Shown one piece after another: positions 11,205-20,851 of a DNA stretch of 64,000 bases. Under the pieces are notes generated by a model. It saw only the letters and a program-made list of their open reading frames with translations. It was not told the origin of the DNA and ran no database searches. Each line of letters starts with the position of its first letter. Within the stretch, counting starts at the first letter, position 1. The stretch lies in NCBI GenBank assembly GCA_030266325.1, contig JAJDHT010000001.1, positions 32,813 to 96,812 on the forward strand, read 5' to 3'. The stretch is from Ruminococcaceae bacterium OttesenSCG-928-I18 (GTDB lineage Bacteria > Bacillota > Clostridia > Oscillospirales > Ruminococcaceae). A program made the position numbers and the translations under genes.

Positions 11205-12143
11205 CTAGGCATCCTGCTCTTGTCCGGTATCGGGCACCACTGTCGTATCCTCCTCACTCTCTGCCAGAGAACCCGACCCAGAGGCCGATTGGGACGTTGT
11301 TTGGGCAGCGGTTGAGACGCCGCTCTCTGACTCTGAAAGGGCCGAGGAGGACGGTGGCAAGCTGGCGGATTCGACTCCGCTTTGCGTCTCGGCTGTCGAC
11401 TCCGGAACATAGGAGGTGTTGGCTCTGAGCGCGTAGAGATAATAGGCATTTCCATCCCGGCGGAAGTAGTAATCCATATATTTGGTCGGGTGGTCAAGGT
11501 CAGGTGTGGCAATCAGTTCTTCGTTGCTGTTCATCGTACCCACATACCCGGCCGTCACACGCTTGACGCCGCTGGAGACCCGTTCAATATTGACAACGGT
11601 TGACATATACTGCGGCGTCAGCCCTGTGGCCGTTGTGGTATACATATTGGTCACCGGGTCATATTCATAACTGAGGTCCTGCACCGGATCCTCAAAGGAG
11701 ACATGCTCGAACTTAAAATCGGGCCCGAACAGTTCGGCCGCGTATCGGTCCACCTCCACAGCCGGCACCTGCGGTTGGCCCAGCTCGTTGTATTCAACAT
11801 CATTGCCCATCTCATTGAGAACCCCCCAGATCACCGCCTGCCGCAGTACGTTTGTGTCCGCCTCCTCCAATGATTCGAAAGGCAGCACATCAAACCAAAC
11901 AAGCGGCGTAATCCGCTGGGCATAGACTTCCATTTCGTTTGTGTCGTCCATCATGTCACGCGCAAGGTTCATCCCGCCACGAATGATACTCACCGCGCCC
12001 ACCACAATCAGCACCGTAAGCGCCAAGCCCACAAGCTGGCGCGTTCTGCGGCGGCTTCTCCTGCTCTGCTCTTCTCTGTTGCGGCGCGCCTCTTCTTTGT
12101 CTATGGTCTCGTTTTTTTTCTTCGGGGTATTCTCGGTAGCCAT
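11205..12143 (-). CDS. Hypothetical single-pass membrane protein
   Basis: 312 aa. Basic N-terminus, one TM helix (LVGLALTVLIVVGAVSII), an extracytoplasmic domain and an S/T/E-rich C-terminus. GAAAGGAAA RBS. Confidence 0.6.
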   Translation of the reverse strand: MATENTPKKKNETIDKEEARRNREEQSRRSRRRTRQLVGLALTVLIVVGAVSIIRGGMNLARDMMDDTNEMEVYAQRITPLVWFDVLPFESLEEADTNVLRQAVIWGVLNEMGNDVEYNELGQPQVPAVEVDRYAAELFGPDFKFEHVSFEDPVQDLSYEYDPVTNMYTTTATGLTPQYMSTVVNIERVSSGVKRVTAGYVGTMNSNEELIATPDLDHPTKYMDYYFRRDGNAYYLYALRANTSYVPESTAETQSGVESASLPPSSSALSESESGVSTAAQTTSQSASGSGSLAESEEDTTVVPDTGQEQDA

Positions 12144-12212
12144 GTTTTTCCTTTCAAAGTCCGCCCTTTTGCCAGATCATACAAACCAAATATCATTCCG
12201 GGGGATATCACA

Positions 12213-12236
12213 ATCTGCCCGCCTTCGCGGGCAGAT
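12213..12236 (-). terminator. Hairpin downstream of proA (possible terminator)
   Basis: ATCTGCCCGC-CTTC-GCGGGCAGAT, a 10-bp stem. The U-tract is weak. Confidence 0.4.
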
Positions 12237-12287
12237 GTGGGTCAGTGACCTTTCCGTATTACTCGTGGGAAATGATTCCCCGCCTCT

Positions 12288-13532
12288 TCATTCGCGTATG
12301 GCCCCGTTGCCCGAGATTACATATTTATAACTCGTCAGTTCATACAAACCCATGGGGCCCCGTGCACCCAGCTTCTGCGTGGATATACCAATTTCACAGC
12401 CCATACCGAACTGCCCGCCATCCGTAAACCTTGTAGAAGCGTTGATATAAACCGCCGCGCTGTCTACAAGCAGTGCAAACTCTTGCGCGTTAGACGTGTC
12501 GTCGGAAATAATTGCCTCGCTGTGCCCTGTAGAATGGTCATTGATATGATCAATGGCCTGCCGCAGGTTGTCCACCACGGCAATGGCCAGGATATAATCG
12601 TTGAATTCCGTGTCGAAATCTTCCGGCCCCGCCGCACGCCCCTCAATGATTTTTGCCGCGCGTTCATCCAACCTCAACTCCACGCCGGCTTCTTTGAGGT
12701 GTTTTGCGGCCAGGGGCAAGAATTCTTCGGCGACGTCTTTATGCACAAGGCACACTTCGGCGGCATTGCAGACACTGGGGCGCTGCACTTTTGCATTGTA
12801 TAAAATCCGATCCGCCATCTCAAGGTTGGCTTTGGCATCCACATAGATGTGGCAAATGCCCGAGCCTGTCTCGATGACGGGCACCCCGCGCGCGCCTTCT
12901 ACAACGGCTTTGATGAGACCCTTGCCGCCGCGGGGGATCAGTAAATCGACATAACCGCGCGCCTCCATCAGGGCACGGGCACTCTCGTGCGTCGTATCTT
13001 CCACCAGCTGCACGGCGTCGGGCGGCCCCCCCGCTTTGGCCAGGGCCTGCCGCATGATTTTGACAAGCACCTTGTTTGTGTTGATGGCCTCGCTGCCGCC
13101 CCGCAGGACACATACATTCCCACTGCGCAGGCACAACGCCGCAGCATCGGTGGTCACGTTCGGGCGGCTTTCATAGATGATGGCAATGACACCCATGGGC
13201 ACCCGCACTTTACGGATATAGAGCCCGTTGTCCAGTGGGTATTCTTTTTCGATGTCGGGCACCGGGCCGTCCAAATTTGCCACAGCGCGCAGGCCGCTGG
13301 CCATCTCGTCGATGCGCTCCGAGGTCAGCCGCAAACGGTCCAGCATGACATCGGGAATTTTTCCCTTGGCATTCGTGAGATCCTGCCCGTTGGCTTCGAG
13401 GATTTCCACTTTGTGTTTGCGCAGCATCACGTCCATCATCTCAAGCGACGCTTTCTGCGCATCCACCACCATTCTGGAAAACTCATATTTTGCCGTCCTG
13501 GCGGCCTGCAAAATCTCCTCTACACTTTTCAC
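12288..13532 (-). CDS. proA: Glutamate-5-semialdehyde dehydrogenase
   Basis: 414 aa aldehyde-dehydrogenase fold with the typical ProA layout (VIAIIYESRPNVT, NASTRFTDGGQFG). ATGA overlap with proB. Confidence 0.92.
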   Translation of the reverse strand: MKSVEEILQAARTAKYEFSRMVVDAQKASLEMMDVMLRKHKVEILEANGQDLTNAKGKIPDVMLDRLRLTSERIDEMASGLRAVANLDGPVPDIEKEYPLDNGLYIRKVRVPMGVIAIIYESRPNVTTDAAALCLRSGNVCVLRGGSEAINTNKVLVKIMRQALAKAGGPPDAVQLVEDTTHESARALMEARGYVDLLIPRGGKGLIKAVVEGARGVPVIETGSGICHIYVDAKANLEMADRILYNAKVQRPSVCNAAEVCLVHKDVAEEFLPLAAKHLKEAGVELRLDERAAKIIEGRAAGPEDFDTEFNDYILAIAVVDNLRQAIDHINDHSTGHSEAIISDDTSNAQEFALLVDSAAVYINASTRFTDGGQFGMGCEIGISTQKLGARGPMGLYELTSYKYVISGNGAIRE

Positions 13533-14317
13533 GCATATTCCTCCCTTCGGAAAGCAAAACGCGTTCCCACAGGCCGGCCCGCCACTACCTCATAAAGGCA
13601 TTCGGGGTTTTGCCCACCCGTGATGACCATGTCGATCCCCTCTTTTTCCAGCATGCGCGCGGCCTCCAATTTGGTGGCCATACCGCCCGTGGCAAATTCT
13701 GTGGCACTTCCACCGGCGCTATTCAACATCTCTTCGGTAATCTCCGTCACGTGCGGGATCAGCCTGGCACACTCGTCCTTGCGGGGGTCTGCCGTAAACA
13801 GGCCGGGAATGTCTGTCAGCATCACCAGCAGGTCGGCCTTGGCCAACACAGCCACCTCGGCAGAGAGGGTATCGTTGTCGCCGATGACGCCTCCCTCCAG
13901 CTCGGTGGTGGCCACACTGTCGTTTTCGTTGATGATGGGGATCGCCCCGAGCTCGAGGAGGCGGAACAGGGTGGCTTCCAGGTTGTGCCGCCGCTCCTCA
14001 CTGTGGATGTCCTCCGCCGTCAGAAGCATCTGCCCCACCACATGGCCGTGGTTCAGGAACATCTGGTCGTAGATGTGGATCAGCTCACACTGGCCTACCG
14101 CCGCCGTGGCCTGCCTGCCGGGGATGTCGGCCGGCCTTCCGTGCAGGCGCAGTTTGCCCACACCCATGGCAATGGCCGCCGAGGAGACGACAAGCACCTC
14201 GTGCCCGGCATTCTTGAGGTCTGCCAATGTTTTGCAGAGAATCTCCATACGCCGGATATTCAGCTGGCCACTCTCGTGGGTAATGGTGGATGTTCCAATC
14301 TTGATGACGACCCTCAT
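13529..14317 (-). CDS. proB: Glutamate 5-kinase (short form, no PUA domain)
   Basis: MRVVIKIGTSTIT...VVSSAAIAMG...NENDSV signature. GAGGAGG RBS before the internal ATG. Confidence 0.9.
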   Translation of the reverse strand: MRVVIKIGTSTITHESGQLNIRRMEILCKTLADLKNAGHEVLVVSSAAIAMGVGKLRLHGRPADIPGRQATAAVGQCELIHIYDQMFLNHGHVVGQMLLTAEDIHSEERRHNLEATLFRLLELGAIPIINENDSVATTELEGGVIGDNDTLSAEVAVLAKADLLVMLTDIPGLFTADPRKDECARLIPHVTEITEEMLNSAGGSATEFATGGMATKLEAARMLEKEGIDMVITGGQNPECLYEVVAGRPVGTRFAFRREEYA

Positions 14318-14431
14318 GGGCCATGCCTCCTCTAAATTTGGTCTGATGATATCCAAATTGTAATTATATCAATAAAATATACTATATGTATCTGCTTTGG
14401 TTTTTAAAAACAATACTATTATACATCAATT

Positions 14432-15493
14432 TTATCGGTTTTTATACATCTTTTCATAATATTCCATATAGGCGCCGGAGGTCACGTCCTGCAGCCATTC
14501 ATCATTGTCGAGATACCAGCGGATGGTCCGCTCGATGCCGTCTTCGAAGGCCGTCTCAGGGCTCCAGCCCAGGGCCTTTTGAATCTTCTCCGGGTCAATG
14601 CCGTAGCGCCGGTCATGGCCCTTGCGGTCGGCCACATATTGAATCAGCGTCTCGTCCACGCTCTTGTCCACCTTCTCGTTCACAAGCCCGATGATCTTTT
14701 TGACGATATCAATGTTGGTGCGTTCGTTGTGGCCACCCACATTGTACACTTCGCCGGTGGCGCCCCCGCGCAGCACTTTATCAATGGCCTTGCAGTGGTC
14801 CTCCACATACAGCCAATCCCGCACATTGAGGCCGTCCCCGTAGACGGGAAGGTTCTTTTTGTGGCAGGCGTTGTGTATCATCAGGGGAATCAGTTTCTCT
14901 GGGAACTGGAACGGCCCATAGTTGTTGGAACAGCGGGTGATGTTGACGGGCAGGCCGTAGGTGTCGTGCCAGGCCATGACGAAAAGGTCGGCCGAGGCCT
15001 TGCTGGCCGAGTAAGGCGAGTGGGGGCACAGAGGGGTCGACTCGGTGAAAAAACCGGTCTCTCCAAGCGAGCCATACACCTCGTCGGTGCTCACCTGCAC
15101 GAACTTAACCCCTTTCGGGTAACTTCCATCCTCCTGTTCCCAGGCTTTGCGCGCGCAGCTCAGCAGGTTGACCGTTCCCATGACATTGGTCTGGGCAAAA
15201 ACACCGGGGTTTTCAATCGAACGGTCCACATGGCTCTCGGCCGCAAAATTCACCACTGAGTCAATGTCGTATTTTTTGAACAACTCACCCACAAGCACGG
15301 CGTCCCCAATATCTCCCTGCACGAAGACATGGCGCGTATCCCCCTCGATGCCTTTCAGGTTTTCGAGGTTGCCCGCATAGGTGAGTTTATCGAGGTTGAT
15401 AAGGCAGATGTCTTTGTGCTCTTTGAGCATATACAATACGAAGTTGGAACCGATAAATCCGGCGCCGCCGGTGACCAGAATATTCTTCATCAT
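14432..15493 (-). CDS. rfbB: dTDP-glucose 4,6-dehydratase
   Basis: VTGGAGFIGSNF Rossmann motif, YSASKASADL catalytic YxxxK, 353 aa. Confidence 0.92.
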   Translation of the reverse strand: MMKNILVTGGAGFIGSNFVLYMLKEHKDICLINLDKLTYAGNLENLKGIEGDTRHVFVQGDIGDAVLVGELFKKYDIDSVVNFAAESHVDRSIENPGVFAQTNVMGTVNLLSCARKAWEQEDGSYPKGVKFVQVSTDEVYGSLGETGFFTESTPLCPHSPYSASKASADLFVMAWHDTYGLPVNITRCSNNYGPFQFPEKLIPLMIHNACHKKNLPVYGDGLNVRDWLYVEDHCKAIDKVLRGGATGEVYNVGGHNERTNIDIVKKIIGLVNEKVDKSVDETLIQYVADRKGHDRRYGIDPEKIQKALGWSPETAFEDGIERTIRWYLDNDEWLQDVTSGAYMEYYEKMYKNR

Positions 15494-15523
15494 AGGGCTT
15501 CCTTCCGTTTGAGATGGGTTATG

Positions 15524-16423
15524 TTATGGTTGTTGGATCATTTCTTCAATATAGGGAGCCAGTGCCTCCCGCCAGGGGCGCATATGGTCCCCCACCGTGG
15601 CGCGCAGCATGCTGTGGTCGAGTGCCGAATACGCAGGACGCTCGGCCTGGCGTTTGGCCTGCTGGTAAAACTCGTCCGTACTGCAGGGTTTCACCTGCGC
15701 TTTTATGCCCGACAGGCGCACAATTTCAGACGCAAAATCATACCAGGAGCAAATGCCATTGCCCGTGCCATGATAGATACCATATTCCTCGGTGGGGGCA
15801 AGCAAAAGCAGGTGGTGCGCCAAATCTTCGGCGTTGGTGGGGTTGCCCCGCTGGTCGTTGACGACCTGGAGTTCCCCTTTTTCTTTTGCCACCCGCAGAA
15901 TGGTCTTGACGAAATTCCCACCCTGGCGTCCATACAGCCACGCCGTGCGGACGATAAACCAGCGGCTGCAAAACGCGCGCACATACTCCTCCCCCAGACG
16001 CTTCGTCGCGCCGTATACCGAGCGGGGCGCCGGCAGGTCCGCCTCACTGAAGGGGATTTCCCCCTGCCCGTTAAAGACGTAGTCGGTGGAGATGTGGATG
16101 AGTTTTGCGCCGGCCGCTTCGCAGGCGATGGCCAGATTGCGCGGTGCCAGAGCGTTCGCAGCAAACGCGGTATCCCGCTCGGTCTCGCATTTATCCACGT
16201 TTGTGAAAGCCGCACAGTTGATGACGACATCGGGGGTGTGCTCTGCCAGCAACCCCTGCACCACCCTGAGTTTTGTCAGGTCTCCGTCTTCGATGTCCAC
16301 GGCAGCCACCACAGCGCCTTGCAGCACCTTTGGTATGTCACCAAGGGCGCTTTTTCCGCTTTCCAGCTGCCGGACAAGCTCGGTTCCCAGCTGCCCGTTT
16401 GCCCCTGTGATCAGGATCCTCAT
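15524..16423 (-). CDS. rfbD: dTDP-4-dehydrorhamnose reductase
   Basis: [13 protein letters not shown]..., 299 aa RmlD-like. ATGA overlap with rfbA. Confidence 0.88.
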   Translation of the reverse strand: MRILITGANGQLGTELVRQLESGKSALGDIPKVLQGAVVAAVDIEDGDLTKLRVVQGLLAEHTPDVVINCAAFTNVDKCETERDTAFAANALAPRNLAIACEAAGAKLIHISTDYVFNGQGEIPFSEADLPAPRSVYGATKRLGEEYVRAFCSRWFIVRTAWLYGRQGGNFVKTILRVAKEKGELQVVNDQRGNPTNAEDLAHHLLLLAPTEEYGIYHGTGNGICSWYDFASEIVRLSGIKAQVKPCSTDEFYQQAKRQAERPAYSALDHSMLRATVGDHMRPWREALAPYIEEMIQQP

Positions 16424-17319
16424 TGTGGTTCCTCCGCGTCTTTGCCAGGTGTCACATTTTCCGCGATATGGTACAGGTACTGGCCATACTCCGTCTTTTG
16501 CAGCTGCTCTGCTGTCTTGAGCAGCCCCTGTTTATCTATGAAGGACTGCCGGTAGGCGATCTCCTCAAGGCAGGCGATATACAGCCCCTGCCTTGTCTGC
16601 ACGGCCTCTACGAAATTCGATGCGTCCTGCATGGCACGGTGGTTGCCTGTGTCCAGCCAGGCCATGCCCCGTCCAAACAGCTCTACCTTGAGCTGCCCTT
16701 TCACCAGATATGTGTTGTTCACCGAGGTGATCTCGATCTCCCCACGCGCGGACGGCTGTACGTTTTTTGCGATCTCTACGACGCGGTTGTCATAGAAATA
16801 GAGCCCCGGCACCGCATAATGGCTTTTCGGGTTCTGTGGCTTTTCCTCGATGGAAAGAACATTTCCTTCCTGGTCAAACTCCACAACCCCAAACTCTTTG
16901 GGGTTGGCCACGTGGTAGCCAAAGATTGTGGCTCCCTCTTTGCGGTTCGCGGCACTTTTCAACCTCTGGGTAAAACCATACCCATAAAAGATATTGTCCC
17001 CCAGCACAAGGCAAACCGCGTCGTCCCCAACGAACTCCTCCCCCACGATAAAGGCATCGGCAAGGCCCCGCGGCTCGGCTTGCACCGCGTAGGAAAAACG
17101 GACCCCAAGCGCTTCCCCGGTTCCAAACAGGCGCTCAAAACCCGGCAGGTCGTTCGGGGTGGAGATGATCAAAATATCCCGGATGCCCGCGAGCATCAGC
17201 GTGGACACCGGGTAATAGATCATGGGTTTGTCGTAGATGGTCAGCATTTGTTTGGATACGGCGATGGTGGAGGGGTACAGCCTGGTGCCCGCGCCACCCG
17301 CCAAAACAATTCCCTTCAT
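16420..17319 (-). CDS. rfbA: Glucose-1-phosphate thymidylyltransferase
   Basis: [16 protein letters not shown] signature. GAGGAG RBS before the internal ATG. Confidence 0.92.
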   Translation of the reverse strand: MKGIVLAGGAGTRLYPSTIAVSKQMLTIYDKPMIYYPVSTLMLAGIRDILIISTPNDLPGFERLFGTGEALGVRFSYAVQAEPRGLADAFIVGEEFVGDDAVCLVLGDNIFYGYGFTQRLKSAANRKEGATIFGYHVANPKEFGVVEFDQEGNVLSIEEKPQNPKSHYAVPGLYFYDNRVVEIAKNVQPSARGEIEITSVNNTYLVKGQLKVELFGRGMAWLDTGNHRAMQDASNFVEAVQTRQGLYIACLEEIAYRQSFIDKQGLLKTAEQLQKTEYGQYLYHIAENVTPGKDAEEPQ

Positions 17320-17373
17320 TTCTCTCTTCAACTCCTCGTTTTCGAATTGCCAAGACAACCTGTACTAAAACGC

Positions 17374-18147
17374 CTATTTCCACCGCCAGCCCCATTTTCG
17401 AAAATACCGCAGCATGCTTTTCAGCTGCCAGAAAAACTGGCGCGGCTTGCGGTGGGCGTCCCTGTGCCATGCGTGTGTGACGACGACCCCGGGAAGGTAG
17501 ACCGCCCTGCCTTTTTGCAAAGCCTTTTGGGTGATGTCGGCATCCTCCACATACATGAAATACCCTTCGTCAAACCCGCCGATCTCGCGAAAAACCTCGG
17601 TACGTATCACAAAAAAAGAGCCGCTGCAAAACTCGACATCGATCGGTTTCGTGAGGTCTTCATCCCGCATGAGATAGTGGTCTTCATAGGGTTTCAGCGC
17701 CTTCCACCCAAGCTGGCGGGACAGCAGCGGCAAAACCGCCGGGCGGCGTTTCGCAATCCACTGGGGCCTGCCGTCCGGGTAGACGAGTTTCGGTATGGTG
17801 AGGGCCACGTCGGGGTGGTCGTCCATCCACGCCGCCATCTGGCTGATGGCGGCCCCCTGCAGCAGAATGTCCGGGTTGATCACGGCGTGGTAACGGCTGT
17901 CCAGCAGGGGTAACACCGCGTTGTGCCCGGCCCCAAAACCGCCGTTTTCCCGCTGGGCCAACACCTTCACCTCGGGGGGCAGGCCCGCCGCTTTCAGCTT
18001 TTCAAGCGCCCTGTCGGGGGAGGCGTTGTCCACAAGGTAGATCTGTAGGGCGTCCCCCTCTTCGGCGCGAAGGCTTGCCAGGCACCGTCCCGTCTCCTCT
18101 GCACCGCCATACTGCACGACGCAGGCGCTCAGGGCTCGGGCCTCCAT
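17374..18147 (-). CDS. Family-2 glycosyltransferase (rhamnosyltransferase-like)
   Basis: GT2 pattern VDNASPD...ENGGFGAGHN...EDAD. The start overlaps the stop of the S41 gene. Confidence 0.75.
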   Translation of the reverse strand: MEARALSACVVQYGGAEETGRCLASLRAEEGDALQIYLVDNASPDRALEKLKAAGLPPEVKVLAQRENGGFGAGHNAVLPLLDSRYHAVINPDILLQGAAISQMAAWMDDHPDVALTIPKLVYPDGRPQWIAKRRPAVLPLLSRQLGWKALKPYEDHYLMRDEDLTKPIDVEFCSGSFFVIRTEVFREIGGFDEGYFMYVEDADITQKALQKGRAVYLPGVVVTHAWHRDAHRKPRQFFWQLKSMLRYFRKWGWRWK

Positions 18148-19586
18148 CAGGTCCCCGCCGCAGACCGCGAGGGGGATGCACGTGAAGAACTAGAGCTGCT
18201 CTGCTCCTCCGCCTCTGAGGTGGAAGCGACACTGTCCGCTTCGCTCTCGACACTGCCGGTATCGGCCGCGCCGAGGGTCTCGTCTTCCATCAGGGAATCC
18301 GACGCCACAGAGGCGCTCTCCTGCCCGTCCTCCACGGCGGACGAGCTCTCTTCCCTCACGTACCGGATGGAGAGGTCGTTGTCTCCCGCGGCGCTGCGAA
18401 CCACCTCGAGCGCGCGTAGAATCTGCGCGTCCTGCCCGGGGTTCGGGGCGTAGAGGTTGACCTGATCCGTGTCCTGCAAAGGCACCTCTATATCCGGCAC
18501 AATGCCTTCGCCTTCAAAGCTGATGTCGTTGCCTGTGAGCAGCATGGCCGTTGTGATGGAGATGGCGGAACCGTCCGTGAGCTGCTGCGGCGGCGACTGC
18601 AGCATACCCTTGCCCGCGCTCGTCACACCCACCACGCTTCCGCCGGCCAGGTCCCGTATATTGGCCGCAAAAAGTTCGGCTGCCGCCTCGGTGTTCTCGT
18701 TGATCAGCACCGTCATGGGCAGCTCTATGTTTCGCTCGTCTCCCGAGGTGGCAAGCACCTTGGTCGTGCCGTTTTTGGCCACGCTTTTGGCGATGGTGCC
18801 CCTGGGGCAGAGATAATCGATGATGTTATACACCTGCTGATACTGGCCGCCGGGGTTTCCCCGTACGTCAAACACCAGCCCCTGCGCCCCGTCGGCCACG
18901 GCCGCAAGCACCATGTTACCCAGCTCCGTATACGTGTTTGTCTCAAACGCCGAGATACGGATATAGCCGAAATCACCGCACTCATAATACTCCACGGTGG
19001 GCGCCGTGTAATTGATGCGCTGCACCTCATACTTCTGCTCCGTGTTCATTGCATCTACGCACGTCAGGTTCACGGTTGTGCCCTGCTCGCCGCGCAAAAG
19101 GCTTGTCATCGCCTTGAGGTTTGTCAAGGTTTTCGCATCGATGCCGTCCACATAGGTGATGCGGCCGCCCGCCTTCACCCCCGCCTTGGCCGCGGGGGAG
19201 CCCTCGTAAACACGCTCTATATAGAAGAAGCCGTCGGCGTTCAGGCTCACCTCCATGCCGATGCCCACACGGGTGCCTTTCTCATACTCCTGCAGTTCAG
19301 AATATTCTTTTTCGGTGTAATAGGTGGCGTAGGGGTCCTCAATACCGCGCAGATACCCCTGCACGATCAGGTCGTTAAGCACGGTGTCGTTGATTTCACC
19401 GTAGTAGTTGGCGCGCACATAGGTATCCACCTCGCTGAGCTTGCTGAAGGTGGCCTGTTTTTGTGTCACCGACTGAACGGCATTATTAAAATACTCGGTT
19501 GCCACAATCCAGGTGATGGCAAAAGTGACCGTGATCGCGATGAGGGCAATGGTGAGCGCGACGCTCACCGATATTTTTCTTGTCAT
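18147..19586 (-). CDS. S41 (C-terminal processing peptidase) family homolog, nucleophile Ser apparently replaced by Ala
   Basis: N-terminal TM anchor, PDZ-like region, RGNPGG and the S41 core VLINENTEAAAELFA...SAGKG. Ser/Glu-rich C-terminal tail. See finding. Confidence 0.85.
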   Translation of the reverse strand: MTRKISVSVALTIALIAITVTFAITWIVATEYFNNAVQSVTQKQATFSKLSEVDTYVRANYYGEINDTVLNDLIVQGYLRGIEDPYATYYTEKEYSELQEYEKGTRVGIGMEVSLNADGFFYIERVYEGSPAAKAGVKAGGRITYVDGIDAKTLTNLKAMTSLLRGEQGTTVNLTCVDAMNTEQKYEVQRINYTAPTVEYYECGDFGYIRISAFETNTYTELGNMVLAAVADGAQGLVFDVRGNPGGQYQQVYNIIDYLCPRGTIAKSVAKNGTTKVLATSGDERNIELPMTVLINENTEAAAELFAANIRDLAGGSVVGVTSAGKGMLQSPPQQLTDGSAISITTAMLLTGNDISFEGEGIVPDIEVPLQDTDQVNLYAPNPGQDAQILRALEVVRSAAGDNDLSIRYVREESSSAVEDGQESASVASDSLMEDETLGAADTGSVESEADSVASTSEAEEQSSSSSSRASPSRSAAGT

Positions 19587-19603
19587 GCCTTCCTCCGGGT
19601 GGA

Positions 19604-20785
19604 TTACCCTTTCAGGTAATTGATGGGGTTTTGCCGGCCACCGTCATGCACTTCAAAATGCAGGTGCGGACCCGTAGAAAAGCCCGTAGAACCCACCTGG
19701 GCAATGTGCTGCCCGGTGCTGACCACCGTGCCCACCCCCACATCGAGCGAAGAGCAATGGGCATAGAGTGTTTTGACACCATTGCCGTGGTCGATGACGA
19801 GGTAGTTGCCGTAACTGGAGTGCCCTGTGGCCGTGATGACCACCCCGTTGCCCGCGGCCACGATTGAGGTGCCCGTGGGCGCGCCGATGTCCATGCCGAG
19901 GTGGCCGTTCCCGTTCGGGTCGGGCGAGCCAAAGTGGCAGGTGATGCGGTAAGAGGCCGGTACCGGCCAGGTGAACACCCCGCCCACATACTCGCTGCCG
20001 TCCCCGGCCGAGCTTCCGCCCATGTACCGGGTGGCCGCCAGCATGGCCTCATAAGCGATGCGGGCCTGCTCCACTTCATCTTCCTTGTTCTCATACGCAA
20101 CCTGCTGGGCGGCCAGCTCGGCCTCGGCCTGGCTGATGGCCGCATCCTGGGCCGCGATGTTGTTCGCAAGGATTCCCGCGTTGTTGGCCAGTTCGGCGTA
20201 CACATTGTTCAGGTTTTGCAGCATGGCATCGATTTCGGCCTGCTGCGCCTCCAGTTCCGCACGCTGCTGGCTCAGCATCTCAAGCAGGTCGGTGTCGTGT
20301 TCGGAGATGCGCTGCAGCGCGTCCACCGCCTGCAGCAGCTCGGAAAAGCTGTCCACGGCCAACACCTGCGTAATCATGTTGGCATTGTTCATCTTGTAGA
20401 TGGCGATGAGCCGTTGCTGAAACAGCTGGTCGTTTTCGTAGATCACCTGCCTCTTCTGGGCGATCTCCTCCTCCTTGACGGCAAGGGCCGCCTCGGTCTG
20501 GGCGATCTCCTCCTGATTCAGGCGGATCATCTCGTCCACGACCTCTTTTTCCCGCGCAAGTTGTGTGCGCATCTCCTCGGCGGCGGCCATGTTGCCCCGG
20601 GTTCCCTCTATCGACTCCTCAATGCCCGCCAGTTCTTCTTTCAGGCGCTCATATTTCTCCTTCGGGCTCTCCTCGGCCCCTACAGGCACGGCGAAAACCA
20701 CCAGGAGCAAAACGGCGAAGCACACCGAAAAAAGGTGCAGGAATCCTTTTTGACTAAACCGCCGATCGAACCGCTTTTCCTTCAT
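19604..20785 (-). CDS. M23 metallopeptidase with an N-terminal coiled coil (EnvC-like architecture, catalytic motifs intact)
   Basis: HLGMD (HxxxD) and GPHLHFEV (HxH) are present, with a long Q/E/A-rich coiled coil. Start could instead be the upstream ATG at 20839. Confidence 0.85.
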   Translation of the reverse strand: MKEKRFDRRFSQKGFLHLFSVCFAVLLLVVFAVPVGAEESPKEKYERLKEELAGIEESIEGTRGNMAAAEEMRTQLAREKEVVDEMIRLNQEEIAQTEAALAVKEEEIAQKRQVIYENDQLFQQRLIAIYKMNNANMITQVLAVDSFSELLQAVDALQRISEHDTDLLEMLSQQRAELEAQQAEIDAMLQNLNNVYAELANNAGILANNIAAQDAAISQAEAELAAQQVAYENKEDEVEQARIAYEAMLAATRYMGGSSAGDGSEYVGGVFTWPVPASYRITCHFGSPDPNGNGHLGMDIGAPTGTSIVAAGNGVVITATGHSSYGNYLVIDHGNGVKTLYAHCSSLDVGVGTVVSTGQHIAQVGSTGFSTGPHLHFEVHDGGRQNPINYLKG

Positions 20786-20851
20786 TACACATCCTCTTTC
20801 CAGGGGTTTTCTTCTATTATCCTCAAAAAAAGTGTCCATCCCGTGGAAAAA

